Of a stretch of 64,000 nt of DNA, positions 29,505 through 40,591 are shown piece by piece (position 1 is the stretch's first letter; every line of letters starts with the position of its first letter). Below the pieces are notes generated by a model. The model searched no databases. It was given only the letters and a program-made list of their open reading frames with translations, and was not told the DNA's origin. The stretch covers positions 57,732 through 121,731 of the forward strand of contig MTOU01000012.1 of NCBI GenBank assembly GCA_002011745.1, read 5' to 3'. The position numbers and the translations under genes were made by a program. The stretch comes from Nitrospirae bacterium JdFR-85. GTDB lineage: Bacteria; Nitrospirota; Thermodesulfovibrionia; Thermodesulfovibrionales; JdFR-85.

Positions 29505-30784
29505 AGTGGATTCCATCTTTCTACAACAATCTTATAATCTCCTGGGCATCCCTTTAAGACAAGTGTTTTTATGCCCTTATCCTTGAGAGTATCTGAACTG
29601 TACTCCTGTACGAAAGTGACTTTTACCAGAGAAGGTTTCAGAAGTCTAAAGGTAAGACCATTGAATTTTATAAAATTAATACTTGTTGTTGAGAATATTC
29701 TCTCTTTGTATTCTTCCCATTCCTTAAGCCCGCCTCTTTCAAACTTAAAAGATTCGTCATAGAATTTAATATATTTCATTATATCCTGAGTCTGCCATGT
29801 CTGGATCCACCTTTTTACAAAGTCTCTTATATAGGGAGCGATGGCTGTCATCACATTTTCAGGAAAGAATTCCTCTGCAATAACCTTGTATTGATTACTT
29901 TTATTATCTGCTTCAAAATATATCCTTTTGATTCCATAGTCTATATACCGGTCAGAACAGTACAGTTGTTTGAACTGATACATTAATTCAGACGAATTCT
30001 CTTTAAAGACAATAAGGTCAGAGATTTTTAGCCTTCTTTTTTTATCAATAGCAAATATTTTTCTCTTTCTTTCAAGGTATTCCCTTAATCCCTCTCCAGA
30101 ATTATTTCTGAATTTTGTGTAGAACCTGGAGGCAAAGGCTTCAAAATTTCCTTTCTCCCAATCTCTTAAAAAGGTTTTAAGGATACTGAATACTTCTTTC
30201 TTTTTTTTCATATACTCCTTTGGTGATAAGAATTCTACTTGTCGGGTTATTAATACAGGGGTATCTACTTCTATATGTTGTTTGAGATACAGGAATGCAT
30301 CATTTGGAAGAGAGATGCAACCATTGGTTCTTCTGTTGTTATTGTAAATACCCCTTCCATGAAGCCATATTCCATGTCCAGTTTTATTGTATATCCTGTC
30401 TACAATATTGGGGTAGTTAATAGGAAAGGCTCCGGCTCCATATAGATTTCTGTTTAATTTCCATTCAGGAATAAAACCTGTAACAAAATATATTCCTTCA
30501 GGAGTCCGACTATCACCCTCTCTTATTTTGTCTCCTTTGTTTTTACCAGTAAATACATTGTATGTATTTAATACAACAGGAATGTTATCAGTGATTCTAA
30601 CAAAAAATAGTCTTTCTGTGTCCTTTTCCACCAGTATCACATTTTTATCATTATCTGAATACTCAGAGAAGATATTTCCGGGTATTTTCTCCTCAGCAAA
30701 GCAGATGCAAAGGAATGAAGAGGAGATTACAAGCACTGTTATAAACACAGATGCTGTATATAATTTTTTAGTTATAAGTCTCAT
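29501..30784 (-). CDS. YkuD L,D-transpeptidase/carboxypeptidase with NTF2-like C-terminal domains, Csd6/Pgp2-like
   Basis: GDKIREGDSRTPEGIY, YPN, GIWLHG..TNGC catalytic motif; two NTF2-like segments (FLRDWEKGN, WIQTWQTQD). Confidence 0.82.
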   Translation of the reverse strand: MRLITKKLYTASVFITVLVISSSFLCICFAEEKIPGNIFSEYSDNDKNVILVEKDTERLFFVRITDNIPVVLNTYNVFTGKNKGDKIREGDSRTPEGIYFVTGFIPEWKLNRNLYGAGAFPINYPNIVDRIYNKTGHGIWLHGRGIYNNNRRTNGCISLPNDAFLYLKQHIEVDTPVLITRQVEFLSPKEYMKKKKEVFSILKTFLRDWEKGNFEAFASRFYTKFRNNSGEGLREYLERKRKIFAIDKKRRLKISDLIVFKENSSELMYQFKQLYCSDRYIDYGIKRIYFEADNKSNQYKVIAEEFFPENVMTAIAPYIRDFVKRWIQTWQTQDIMKYIKFYDESFKFERGGLKEWEEYKERIFSTTSINFIKFNGLTFRLLKPSLVKVTFVQEYSSDTLKDKGIKTLVLKGCPGDYKIVVERWNPL

Positions 30785-31003
30785 CTTTCAGCCATTAAGA
30801 AGAGTTTTTATTGAATAGCCTTAAGTGAATTATTATTGGGAGATATTTTAATTTAGAAACCTTTATAAATTCAAGTTTTTTGTGATTTGTGTGTGATTGC
30901 TATTTTAAAATGTCATATAGAGATAATAAAGACCTGCTCTGTCAATTTGTTGTTATTTTGATATTGTCTAATGTGACGCTCAATCTTTATATGGATCGGT
31001 AGC

Positions 31004-32914
31004 TTAAGGTTGTTTGGATTTTAAAAAATTGGGATGGGGTTTCCTCACATCTTCTACACGGAGGGTAATTTTATTTGAATCGAGGTGTTCAAGAAATGGT
31101 AGGGCATACTTACGGCTTGTGTTGAGAAGATCTCTGAACTCACCCACTGTCATTCTATCTTTTTTCTGGAAGAAGTTTCTCAATCTCCGGAGCATTTCGT
31201 CGTAATGCTCCTTAGTAAGATAGAAGGTGTCATTTATCCTCTTAAGCACACCTTCTTCAACCATAAGTTTCAGGATATCGTCTACTTCACCTGTTTTGAG
31301 GGAAAAATACTCTGCCAGTTCCTCCCTGGAGAGAGGTTGATATGCCCTTTCAGTAAGTAGTCTAAGTGTTTCATCTCTTATCTGTCTATATCGGTCTGTC
31401 AGGGCTACTTTGAAATCTCTTAAGCGGATTATATCCTTTTCAACCTCTGTTTCTTGTGTAAGAGAGAGAATTCCATCAAATATAGAGTGCGGGAGTCCGA
31501 AGAGTGACCTAAGGGTCTCTTTCTCCATTCCACTTTTGAGGGGATTGTTTTTGTGAAATCTTCTGAGGGTGTCAAGGATTTTTACTTTCAGTTTTTCATA
31601 TATCTCTCTGTGTATGAGACTGCCATCATACTGAAGAATAACCCTTTCATTTTTTAAATTATCAATAGCCTTCTCTGTGTCTTTAGTTGTGGTATTGATC
31701 CATCCCTTCAGAGTATTTAAAGGTATACCCTTAAGGCCTGATTTAAGCACCTTCATAGAGAGCTTCTCTTTAAGGTTCCCTTTTTCATACACAATAAGGT
31801 CTTCTATACCCTCCTTTTTCTTTCTCTTTTTAGGATAAGGGTCGAGTATGATCCCTCCTCCGATTGTTTCAACAGGTGAGAACCTTCTTATCACAAATCT
31901 ATCACCCGCTGAGGCCACCACAGGTGACTGAAGCCGGATCTGTGCATAACAGGTCTCACCAGGTTTCAGAGTTTCTTTATCATAGAGTATTACTCTTCCC
32001 ACAGTCTCGGATGTATAGAGATGGAAATGAACAGGAGATTTGTTCTTGAGCTCTGGAGCATCCCTGAGCAGATGGAGTTTTACATCTACCGCCTGAGTAG
32101 GTCTGAAAATATCTGGTGTAAGGACCATATCGCCCCTTTTAAGGTCCTCTTTCTCCACTGCATGAAGGTTTATAGCCACTCTCTGACCGGCAATAGCATA
32201 CTTTATAGGAGTTCCATGGCTCTGGAGAGTTCTTGCCTTAGTATGAATTCCTGCTGGAAGTATCTCCACTTTGTCATCCACTGCCAGTCTACCTGAAACA
32301 GCAGTTCCTGTAACCACTGTCCCGAATCCCTTTAGTGTGAATACCCTGTCTATAGGAAGCCTAAACACTCCTTCCGCAGGCTTTGTGCTGACTTTTAAGG
32401 AGTATTCATGTATTTTATCTTTTAGAAGAGGTATATTCTCACCTGTTTTTGATGACACAGGCAGTATATCAGCACCTTCGAGAAAAGTCCCCTTTATGAA
32501 CTCTTTTATGTCATCTATAACTAATTGAAGCCATTCCTTGTCCACAAGGTCTATTTTTGTAACTACCACAATACCGGATTTTATCCCCAGAAGATTGCAT
32601 ATAGCGAGGTGTTCCTTTGTCTGTGGCATTACTCCCTCATCTGCTGCAACAACCAAAAGAAGTAGATCAATTCCTCCTGCTCCTGCAAGCATGTTTTTAA
32701 CAAGTCTCTCATGGCCTGGTACATCAACAATACCTACCACTATACCATCAGAATATCGCAGATAGGCAAACCCGAGATCAATTGTTATTCCTCGTTCCTT
32801 CTCCTCTTTAAGGCGGTCAGGGTCAATACCTGTTAGGGCCTTTACAAGGGCACTTTTGCCATGATCTATATGGCCCGCTGTACCAAGAATTATATATTTC
32901 TCTGTAGAAGGCAT
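31004..32914 (-). CDS. selB: Selenocysteine-specific elongation factor
   Basis: [24 protein letters not shown]-terminal winged helices ending in [13 protein letters not shown]. Confidence 0.97.
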   Translation of the reverse strand: MPSTEKYIILGTAGHIDHGKSALVKALTGIDPDRLKEEKERGITIDLGFAYLRYSDGIVVGIVDVPGHERLVKNMLAGAGGIDLLLLVVAADEGVMPQTKEHLAICNLLGIKSGIVVVTKIDLVDKEWLQLVIDDIKEFIKGTFLEGADILPVSSKTGENIPLLKDKIHEYSLKVSTKPAEGVFRLPIDRVFTLKGFGTVVTGTAVSGRLAVDDKVEILPAGIHTKARTLQSHGTPIKYAIAGQRVAINLHAVEKEDLKRGDMVLTPDIFRPTQAVDVKLHLLRDAPELKNKSPVHFHLYTSETVGRVILYDKETLKPGETCYAQIRLQSPVVASAGDRFVIRRFSPVETIGGGIILDPYPKKRKKKEGIEDLIVYEKGNLKEKLSMKVLKSGLKGIPLNTLKGWINTTTKDTEKAIDNLKNERVILQYDGSLIHREIYEKLKVKILDTLRRFHKNNPLKSGMEKETLRSLFGLPHSIFDGILSLTQETEVEKDIIRLRDFKVALTDRYRQIRDETLRLLTERAYQPLSREELAEYFSLKTGEVDDILKLMVEEGVLKRINDTFYLTKEHYDEMLRRLRNFFQKKDRMTVGEFRDLLNTSRKYALPFLEHLDSNKITLRVEDVRKPHPNFLKSKQP

Positions 32915-32927
32915 GTTATAAATTATA

Positions 32928-34187
32928 TTACTTTCCCTTTAAAATCTTCATCAGAAGACCATAGGTTTTTGTTACAGCTCCCTGATGTTCTCTGAAAAGC
33001 ATAAGGGCCTTTTTGCTCATCTCAGTAGAGAGTCTTCTGTCTTTTAGTATTTTCAAAAGAACTCTGTAGAGGTTTCTTGCATCGGTCTTTATAGCTGCCC
33101 TGGATCTGAAGAACTCCTCTGCCAGTGGAAAATTCTCCATGGAAGGACCACATATTATCGGTTTTGCCCATGACGCGGCCTCGAAAAGGTTATGTCCTCC
33201 ATGAGGAATGAAACTTCCTCCAATAATACAGACATCTGCACTGCCATATACAGAGGTGAGTTCTCCAATTGTGTCAAGCAGTACCACAGAACTGTCTGTC
33301 CTGACTCCTTCAGTCTTTTTACTGAATCTTAATTTACTGTCTTTCAGGAGTCTTTCTACCTCTTGGAACCTCTCAGGATGACGTGGTGCCAGTATAAGGG
33401 TTGCCTCAGGGAAGTCCTCTTTTAACCTCTTGAAGGTCTCCAGAATAATGTCCTCCTCGCCTTTATGGGTGCTTCCAGCTACTATAACAGGTCTTCTAAG
33501 GTGTTTACACCACCCAGGCACCTTATCCGAAGGTCTTACATCCATCTTAAGATTGCCTGTTATTTTTACTTTCTTCTTAGGAGCACCAATACTAATGAGT
33601 CTTTTTGCATCTATGTCTGTCTGCATACAGTAAAGCGTGCCCTTTGATAGCATGCCCCTCATGAAGAAGCCTATTCTTTTGTAGCCCCTAAAAGAACTTT
33701 CAGATATCCTTCCGTTCACAACCACTATCGGAATTCCCTTCTGAGAGGCGATATAAAAGAGATTGGGCCAGAGTTCTGTCTCCATAATGATTATGAGATT
33801 GGGTTTAATAGTGCTTATAAATCTCTTTACAGAGAAAGAGAGATCGAAGGGTGCAAAAAGCACTTCTGCCTTGTCTTTTAAGAATTCTCTGGCCACTTTT
33901 TGGCCTGTATCTGTGACCGTGGTTACAAATAGCTCTGTTTCTTTAAGTAAGAGACTCATCAGCGGTCTTGCTGCGATGGCTTCACCTACAGAGACTGCAT
34001 GTAGCCAGATTCTCTCCTTAGGAGGATTCTCTTTTGTTCTGTTGGAATTGATAAATCCAAACCTCTCTTTTAACCATCTCTTCCGTATCTCAGCAGGCTT
34101 CCGGAAGTAATAATAAGGGAGAATAAAAGGTAGAATAATAAAAAAAAGAAGATTATATAGAGGTCTCAAGAGCCTGAATCCTACCAT
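32928..34187 (-). CDS. waaA: Kdo transferase
   Basis: WLHAVSVGE, ETELWPN, GSTH, APRHPER, GGHN. Confidence 0.95.
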   Translation of the reverse strand: MVGFRLLRPLYNLLFFIILPFILPYYYFRKPAEIRKRWLKERFGFINSNRTKENPPKERIWLHAVSVGEAIAARPLMSLLLKETELFVTTVTDTGQKVAREFLKDKAEVLFAPFDLSFSVKRFISTIKPNLIIIMETELWPNLFYIASQKGIPIVVVNGRISESSFRGYKRIGFFMRGMLSKGTLYCMQTDIDAKRLISIGAPKKKVKITGNLKMDVRPSDKVPGWCKHLRRPVIVAGSTHKGEEDIILETFKRLKEDFPEATLILAPRHPERFQEVERLLKDSKLRFSKKTEGVRTDSSVVLLDTIGELTSVYGSADVCIIGGSFIPHGGHNLFEAASWAKPIICGPSMENFPLAEEFFRSRAAIKTDARNLYRVLLKILKDRRLSTEMSKKALMLFREHQGAVTKTYGLLMKILKGK

Positions 34188-35317
34188 CCTGTCATCTCAC
34201 CTACCATTTCCGCAACCCTTAATGAGGCATCATGCTTCTGGTACATCTGTCTTATCTTCTTAAAGGATTTCTGCATATACTCTATTGTATTGTCGTCATT
34301 AAGGGTCTTCTCCAGTTCTCTTACAACTCTTTCGGGCGTGGCATCCCACTGAATCAACTCCTTTACCACCTCTTTCTGAAGCAGAAGGTTTACAAGGCTT
34401 ATAAACTTAACATCCACCACTGCCTTGCCTATCAGGAATGTGAGGGGAAAGAGTTTATATACCACAACCATAGGCGTACCAATAAGGGCAGCCTGTAGAG
34501 TGGCGGTGCCTGAGGCAATAAGGGCTGAGTCTGCCGCAGACAGTGCCTCTGTAGCCCTTCCTTTAAGTATAACTGTGCCTTCTTCTTTAAGAGGGTTCAA
34601 TTGGCCCAAGAATTCATTCTCATCAAGGTTAGGTGCAAAGGGTATTATATACTGAAGGTCTCTGTATTTCTGTTTAAGAATTCTAATAACCTTGGTATAC
34701 AATGGAAGAAGTCTCTTAAGTTCACTTCTTCTGCTACCAGGCAATAGTGCCAAGACCCTGCCACGAGGAGAAAGTCCCAGTTCTTCACGAATATAACCTT
34801 TACTGCCCTTGATTGTTGTTATCTCTTCCATAATAGGGTGTCCTACAAACTCTGCCTCAATTCCCCTTTTTTTATAAAATTCTTCTTCAAAGGGTAGTAT
34901 CACGGCTATTTTATCGCAGAGTTTTTTTATTTTTTTTACCCTTTTCTTTCTCCATGCCCATACCTGTGGACTCACATAGTACAGCACTTTTGAACCAGAG
35001 GCCTTTGCCAGCTCAGCAACTTTGAGATTAAAATCAGGAAAGTCTATGAGTATTACAGTCTGGGGTAACAGTTGTGATAGTTTCTCTTTGACTGTATTAT
35101 AATTTTTTTTTAACATTCCCATATGGCTTAAAGTTTCGGTAAGTCCAAAGGCACCTGTAATATATCCAAAGAGTCTTACTCCTTCATTCTCCATTCTTTT
35201 ACCACCAATGCCATAAAGTTCGATGTCTCTGTACAGTTGCTTTAGTCTTCTCGACAGGAGGGCACCGTAGAGTTCTCCAGAACTCTCTCCGGTAATTATA
35301 AAGACCCTCTTTGTCAT
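34181..35317 (-). CDS. lpxB: Lipid-A-disaccharide synthase
   Basis: GESSG, IDFPDFN, SPQVWAWR, LPGSR, SGTATL. Confidence 0.96.
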   Translation of the reverse strand: MTKRVFIITGESSGELYGALLSRRLKQLYRDIELYGIGGKRMENEGVRLFGYITGAFGLTETLSHMGMLKKNYNTVKEKLSQLLPQTVILIDFPDFNLKVAELAKASGSKVLYYVSPQVWAWRKKRVKKIKKLCDKIAVILPFEEEFYKKRGIEAEFVGHPIMEEITTIKGSKGYIREELGLSPRGRVLALLPGSRRSELKRLLPLYTKVIRILKQKYRDLQYIIPFAPNLDENEFLGQLNPLKEEGTVILKGRATEALSAADSALIASGTATLQAALIGTPMVVVYKLFPLTFLIGKAVVDVKFISLVNLLLQKEVVKELIQWDATPERVVRELEKTLNDDNTIEYMQKSFKKIRQMYQKHDASLRVAEMVGEMTGW

Positions 35318-36414
35318 TGGACAACTCTTTTAATAACCTCACATATCTGTTCCTGTGTTTCTACAGATAACTCAGGATAGATGGGAAGAGATACTACTTC
35401 ATCACATGCCTTCTCTGCTTCAGGGAAGTCTCCTTTTTTATAACCCAAGTATCTTATCGCCTCCTGAAGATGTATTGCTAAAGGATAGTATACCACAGCA
35501 GATATACCCTCTTTATGTAAGGCCTTCAGAATTCTATCCCTTAAGGGTGTTCTGATGGTATACTGGTGATATACATGATAGTAGCCTTCCTTCTCTTTGG
35601 GACATTTAACATACTCCTTCAATTGTGTAGTATAAAATAAGGCTCGCTGTCTTCTTTTCTCATTGTACTCTTTAATTTTTCTCATTTTAATAAGGAGAAA
35701 TGCTGCTTGTATTTCATCCAGTCTGCTGTTGTGTCCTATACATTTATGAAAATATCCTTCCTTAGAACAATGGTTTCTCAGAGACCTTACCTTTTCTGCG
35801 ATTTCTTCACTATCAGTTATTACCATTCCTCCATCACCGAAACCACCGAGGTTTTTACTGGGATAGAATGAAAAGGTTCCAGCCAATCCAAAGCTTCCAA
35901 CCTTTTTCCCTTTTATTTCTGCACCGAATGCCTGGGCACAGTCTTCTATCACGAGCAACCCATGCCGGTCTGCAATCTTCATTATCTCTTCCATATCCGC
36001 AGGCATACCAAAGATATGTACAGGCAGAATAGCCTTTGTTTTTGGCGTGATCACCTTCTCAAGTTGATAAGGGTCTATATTAAAAGTTTCTGGATCAATA
36101 TCTACGAATTTTGGCAGTGCTCCTCGGTAGAGGATCGTTTCAACAGTGGCAAAGAATGTGAAAGGAGTGGTGATCACCTCATCTCCCTCCTTTATCCCTG
36201 CTGCAGAGAGGGCAAGATGCAGTGCATCAGTGCCTGAGGCCACGCCTACTGCAAATTTCACATTGTAGAATTCTGCTACTCTTTTTTCAAACTCCTTTAC
36301 CTTTGGTCCCAGCACATAACGGCCACTCTCAAGAACCTCTGTCAATGTTTTTATCACTTCATCTTTTATCTCTCTAAAGGTTGCTTTTAGGTCTAACATG
36401 GGTACATTATCCAT
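35314..36414 (-). CDS. gnnB: DegT/DnrJ aminotransferase, probable GnnB
   Basis: SGTDAL, EDCAQA, SFYPSKNLG; lies between a Gfo/Idh/MocA gene and lpxB. Confidence 0.75.
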   Translation of the reverse strand: MDNVPMLDLKATFREIKDEVIKTLTEVLESGRYVLGPKVKEFEKRVAEFYNVKFAVGVASGTDALHLALSAAGIKEGDEVITTPFTFFATVETILYRGALPKFVDIDPETFNIDPYQLEKVITPKTKAILPVHIFGMPADMEEIMKIADRHGLLVIEDCAQAFGAEIKGKKVGSFGLAGTFSFYPSKNLGGFGDGGMVITDSEEIAEKVRSLRNHCSKEGYFHKCIGHNSRLDEIQAAFLLIKMRKIKEYNEKRRQRALFYTTQLKEYVKCPKEKEGYYHVYHQYTIRTPLRDRILKALHKEGISAVVYYPLAIHLQEAIRYLGYKKGDFPEAEKACDEVVSLPIYPELSVETQEQICEVIKRVVQ

Positions 36415-37321
36415 TAGTTATCCTCCTTGATATTTCCAATGCTACTCTTAATGCCTCTCTTCCTTGTATTGCGTTGACCTTTGGCGTTTTTCTTTCTTTT
36501 GTGGAATTTATGAAGTCTAATAACTCTTCTCTGAGGGGTTCCCTATATGAAGGGATAATAATCTCTTTTTCTATTATGCCCCTGCTGTTTTTGCTGTAAA
36601 TGGTGATCTCGGTCTTTTGATAATCAATCTGAATCATTGCCGAGTTCTGAAATATCCTTAGGATTCTCTTCTTTTCTTCTGATAGTCTGCTGGCTGTTAT
36701 TAGTGCCTGGGTGCCGTCTTCCATCTGGAGCCATGCCTTTGCTACATCCAGTGTATCTGTAAGAACCTTTGCCCCTGTGGCATATATCTCCTTGACCTTG
36801 CTCTGGGTAAGGGTGAGAATGATATCGATATCATGGATCATCAGATCAAGAGTTATATCTACATCTGTACCCCTTGTAATAAAGGGAGACACCCTTGTTG
36901 ACTCAAAAAAACTCGGTTTATCAATGAATCTTTCTGCCTCTGTTACTGCTGTATTGAATCTCTCAAGGTGTCCGACCTGTATAATTCTCTCCCTTTTTAG
37001 TCCCTCTTCGATAAGATGATCAGCCTCTTCCAAGGTACTTGTAAAGGGTTTCTCTACGAGGATATCCTTGTTCTCTCTAAGGCACTGCAGTGCTATCTCA
37101 TAATGGGTCTTCGTAGGTGTTGCTATTATTAAAGCATCCGCAAGAGGCAAGAGTTCTCTGAAGTCTCTGAAAGGTCTGCATCCGTATCTGGAGGCGATAC
37201 TCTCTGCCCGTTCCTTCACCACATCAGCCACGCCGATCAAGACCACATCCTCCATCTCACTCAGCACCCTGGCATGGTGACTGCCAAGGTACCCAACGCC
37301 TATTATTCCTATATTAAGCAT
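36407..37321 (-). CDS. gnnA: Gfo/Idh/MocA oxidoreductase, probable GnnA
   Basis: GVGYLG, EKP, VGHLERFN, DLMIHDID; lipid A operon context. Confidence 0.75.
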   Translation of the reverse strand: MLNIGIIGVGYLGSHHARVLSEMEDVVLIGVADVVKERAESIASRYGCRPFRDFRELLPLADALIIATPTKTHYEIALQCLRENKDILVEKPFTSTLEEADHLIEEGLKRERIIQVGHLERFNTAVTEAERFIDKPSFFESTRVSPFITRGTDVDITLDLMIHDIDIILTLTQSKVKEIYATGAKVLTDTLDVAKAWLQMEDGTQALITASRLSEEKKRILRIFQNSAMIQIDYQKTEITIYSKNSRGIIEKEIIIPSYREPLREELLDFINSTKERKTPKVNAIQGREALRVALEISRRITNG

Positions 37322-37382
37322 AGGACATTATTCTCCTGCAAAGTTTTTCTTCCCATAGTGTAATTTATGACATGAGGTCTCT

Positions 37383-38393
37383 TCAGAGTTTGTTTGTTAT
37401 TTCTATTATTTCTTCCAGCTTCTTTAAAGCCCTGCCTGAGTCAATTGCCTCAGAAGCAAGCTGGACAGCCTCCTTGGGGTCTTCTGTTTTGCCTGCAACC
37501 ATCAGTGTTGCAGCAGAATTCATTAGCACAATATCTCTTCTTGGTCCTTTTTCTCCTTCAAGAATCTTTCTTGTTATCTCTGCATTCTTTTCTGCATCTC
37601 CACCAGCAATCTCTTCTGATGAGGCCTTCTGCAGACCAAAGTCCTCAGGAGAGAGAACAAACTCATCCAGTTTTCCACCTCTGTATCTACTCACCTTTGT
37701 CCCATCTGTTATGGTTATCTCATCGAGTCCATCCTCACCATGGAAGACCATTACATCCTCTGCACCAAGTCTGCCAAGTACCTCTGCCAAAGGGGTGGTT
37801 AGTTTTGAGGCAAAGACACCAAGGGTTTGTCTCTTTGCTCCTGCAGGGTTTGTGAGAGGGCCAAGTATATTGAATATTGTTCTTATTCCTATCTGTCTTC
37901 TTGGTCCAATAGCATATTTCATAGCAGGATGAAACAGCGGTGCAAAGAGAAAACCAAATCCCGTTTCAAATAGACATCTTTGTACCTTTTCAGGTTCAAG
38001 GTCTATCTTCACTCCCAGTGCTTCAAGCACATCAGCACTCCCTGAACGGCTTGAAACAGACCTGTTGCCATGTTTTGCTACAGGCACTCCACAGGCAGCA
38101 ACAACAACTGCCGTGGTGGTTGATATATTGAATGTGTATGCCATGTCACCGCCTGTGCCACAGGTATCCACAACACCCTCAGGTGCATCTATTTTTGCTG
38201 CTTTCTCCCTCATTACCTTGACTGCAGCAGTAATTTCATCTACTGTTTCTCCTTTTATTCTCAATGCAGTGAGAAATGCCCCTATCTGTGCATCTGTGGC
38301 TCTACCCTCCATTATCTCTTCCATACACTGTCTCATCTCTGACTCACTCAGGTCTATTCCCTGTACTACCATATTGATTGCCTCTTTGATCAT
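37383..38393 (-). CDS. trpD: Anthranilate phosphoribosyltransferase
   Basis: [28 protein letters not shown]; SD GGAGG before ATG 38393. Confidence 0.97.
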   Translation of the reverse strand: MIKEAINMVVQGIDLSESEMRQCMEEIMEGRATDAQIGAFLTALRIKGETVDEITAAVKVMREKAAKIDAPEGVVDTCGTGGDMAYTFNISTTTAVVVAACGVPVAKHGNRSVSSRSGSADVLEALGVKIDLEPEKVQRCLFETGFGFLFAPLFHPAMKYAIGPRRQIGIRTIFNILGPLTNPAGAKRQTLGVFASKLTTPLAEVLGRLGAEDVMVFHGEDGLDEITITDGTKVSRYRGGKLDEFVLSPEDFGLQKASSEEIAGGDAEKNAEITRKILEGEKGPRRDIVLMNSAATLMVAGKTEDPKEAVQLASEAIDSGRALKKLEEIIEITNKL

Positions 38394-38977
38394 ACCTCCT
38401 CCCAAACAGGTTTTTTCAGTTTTAAAAAGTTTCTTAACAGATCCTTACCAACTGTTGTAAGGATTGACTCTGGATGAAATTGAACACCCTCAATCACATA
38501 TTCCTTATGTCTCACTCCCATAATCTCTCCATCAGAGGTCCATGCTGTTATCTCAAGACAATCGGGCAGGTTCTGTCTTTTTATTACAAGAGAGTGGTAT
38601 CTTGTTGCCTCAAAAGGATTCGGAAGACCTTTAAAGAGGATTTTTCCATCGTGGTATATAAGAGATGTTTTCCCATGCATCAGTTTTGATGCACCTATTA
38701 TCTCTCCACCAAAGGCTGCTCCTATAGCCTGGTGGCCAAGGCATACCCCCAGTATAGGTTTCTTTCCTGCGAAGTGTTTTATCACCTCTACCGAGATTCC
38801 TGCCTCTTTCGGAGTACAAGGCCCTGGAGAGATAACAATCCTTTCAGGGTCCATTTTCTCAATCTCTTCAATACTGATCCTGTCATTCCTGAAGACCCTT
38901 ATATCCTCTCCCAACTCACCAAAATACTGAACAAGATTGTATGTAAACGAATCATAGTTGTCTATCATCAGGAGCAT
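38390..38977 (-). CDS. trpG: Anthranilate synthase component II
   Basis: [28 protein letters not shown]. Confidence 0.95.
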   Translation of the reverse strand: MLLMIDNYDSFTYNLVQYFGELGEDIRVFRNDRISIEEIEKMDPERIVISPGPCTPKEAGISVEVIKHFAGKKPILGVCLGHQAIGAAFGGEIIGASKLMHGKTSLIYHDGKILFKGLPNPFEATRYHSLVIKRQNLPDCLEITAWTSDGEIMGVRHKEYVIEGVQFHPESILTTVGKDLLRNFLKLKKPVWEEV

Positions 38978-38984
38978 ATATGTC

Positions 38985-40493
38985 TCAAGCCTCCAGCGCT
39001 GTCACTCTATTGTCACTATTTATTTTTTCCTCAGCCATAACTACTGCCTTCATCATACCCATTGCCTTGTTTACGGTCTCTTTATATTCCCTTTCTGGTA
39101 TAGAGTCTGCCACTATTCCTGCACCTGCCTGAACATATATTTTACCATCTTTTATAAAGAGTGTTCTGATGGTTATGCAGAAGTCCATGCTGCCTGTGTA
39201 GCTGAAGTATCCTACTGCCCCTGCATATGCCTCTCTATGTACAGGTTCAAGCTCATCGATGATCTCCATAGCTCTTACCTTGGGTGCTCCTGTCACTGTG
39301 CCTGCAGGAAAGCAGGCTCTGAATAAGTCTATCCCGTCAAGACCATCCTTTAAAATTCCTTCAACATTTGAGACAAGGTGCATCACATGACTGTATCTTT
39401 CAACAGTCATTAACTCTGTTACTTTTACACTACCAATTTCTGCGACCCTACCTACATCGTTTCTGCCAAGGTCAACGAGCATTATATGTTCTGCTATCTC
39501 CTTAGGGTCTTCTCTGAGTTCTTTCTCCAATGCCCTATCTTCGTCCTCACTCCTCCCTCGACGACGTGTGCCTGCTATAGGCCTTAGAGTGATTTTTCTT
39601 CCCTCAAGACGGACAAGTATCTCTGGTGAAGATCCCACTATCTGGGTGTCTCCTGTATCAATATAGTACATGTATGGAGAAGGATTAATGATTCTCAGAC
39701 AACGGTAGATATTAAAAGGATGCTCACTGCATGGTCTTTCGAACCTCTGGGATATAACTACTTGAACCACATCTCCTGCAATAATGTATTCTTTGGCCTT
39801 TCTTACGGCATCCTCAAAATCGGTTTTGCTTCCAAAGGAGGATATAAATTCCTTCTGCTCTGCCTGTTCCTCTTGTCGTGTAATCGGTTGAGTAAGTTTG
39901 CCCTTAGTTAGTCTCTCAATTGTTTTTGTGATTCTCTTCTCTGCCTCCTCATATGCCCTTTCAGCAGAGCCCTCGATATATACGGGACATAAAACCTTGA
40001 GGGTGTGTTTCAGGTTGTCAAAGATAAGGATAAGTTCAGGGATCATCATATAAAAGTCTGGAAAACCTAAGGATGGTTTCTCTGAATAGGTGACCCTCTC
40101 AAAAAACCTGACAGCATCATAGCTTACAAAACCAACAAGTCCGCCAAAAAACCTGGGCATCTCTTCATAGAAGGCTACTTGGTACTTAGAAGCCTCTTTC
40201 TTTATAGCATCAATAGGGTCATCATAGTGTTCGGTCCTGACAGGATTACCACTCTCATAATATATCACCTTGTGTCCCTCTGCCTTGATTATTCGGTGTA
40301 TGGATGTGCCTATAATGGAGTATCTACCCCATTTCTCCCCGCCCTCGACACTTTCAAGTAGAAATGAAGGTGTATCTGCAACCTTCAGATAGGCAGACAC
40401 AGGAGTCTCAAAGTCTGCAAGGACTTCAGTGTAAACAGGAATGAGGTTTCCCTTCTGAGAGAGACTTAAAAATTCCTTCTTAGATGGTGTCAT
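38985..40493 (-). CDS. trpE: Anthranilate synthase component I
   Basis: [39 protein letters not shown]. Confidence 0.96.
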   Translation of the reverse strand: MTPSKKEFLSLSQKGNLIPVYTEVLADFETPVSAYLKVADTPSFLLESVEGGEKWGRYSIIGTSIHRIIKAEGHKVIYYESGNPVRTEHYDDPIDAIKKEASKYQVAFYEEMPRFFGGLVGFVSYDAVRFFERVTYSEKPSLGFPDFYMMIPELILIFDNLKHTLKVLCPVYIEGSAERAYEEAEKRITKTIERLTKGKLTQPITRQEEQAEQKEFISSFGSKTDFEDAVRKAKEYIIAGDVVQVVISQRFERPCSEHPFNIYRCLRIINPSPYMYYIDTGDTQIVGSSPEILVRLEGRKITLRPIAGTRRRGRSEDEDRALEKELREDPKEIAEHIMLVDLGRNDVGRVAEIGSVKVTELMTVERYSHVMHLVSNVEGILKDGLDGIDLFRACFPAGTVTGAPKVRAMEIIDELEPVHREAYAGAVGYFSYTGSMDFCITIRTLFIKDGKIYVQAGAGIVADSIPEREYKETVNKAMGMMKAVVMAEEKINSDNRVTALEA

Positions 40494-40499
40494 CTTGAT

Positions 40500-40529
40500 A
40501 TTTTAATGTTTGTTTTCAAAGTTTTGCAA
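40500..40529 (-). promoter_or_regulatory. Sigma-70 promoter of trpE, leaderless-type
   Basis: TTGCAA-N18-TAAAAT ending 6 nt before ATG 40493; no SD or leader peptide. Confidence 0.6.
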
Positions 40530-40554
40530 TTAATAGAAATCTTGAAAATTTTTG

Positions 40555-40563
40555 TGCTATAAT
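40555..40563 (+). promoter_or_regulatory. Extended -10 promoter of tal
   Basis: TGCTATAAT about 28 nt upstream of the ATG; SD GGAGG present. Confidence 0.55.
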
Positions 40564-40591
40564 TCCTTAAATTTTCTGTAGTGGAGGAGAT

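Noticed and set aside
30785-31003. tRNA-Sec or a riboswitch in the long gap downstream of selB
   Set aside because: No cloverleaf, no recognisable riboswitch motif and no strong stems; looks like AT-rich promoter DNA
37372-37932. Long antisense ORFs (186 aa here; also 12220-12711, 15579-16064, 60461-60988)
   Set aside because: Shadow frames opposite well-conserved genes, with no recognisable motifs
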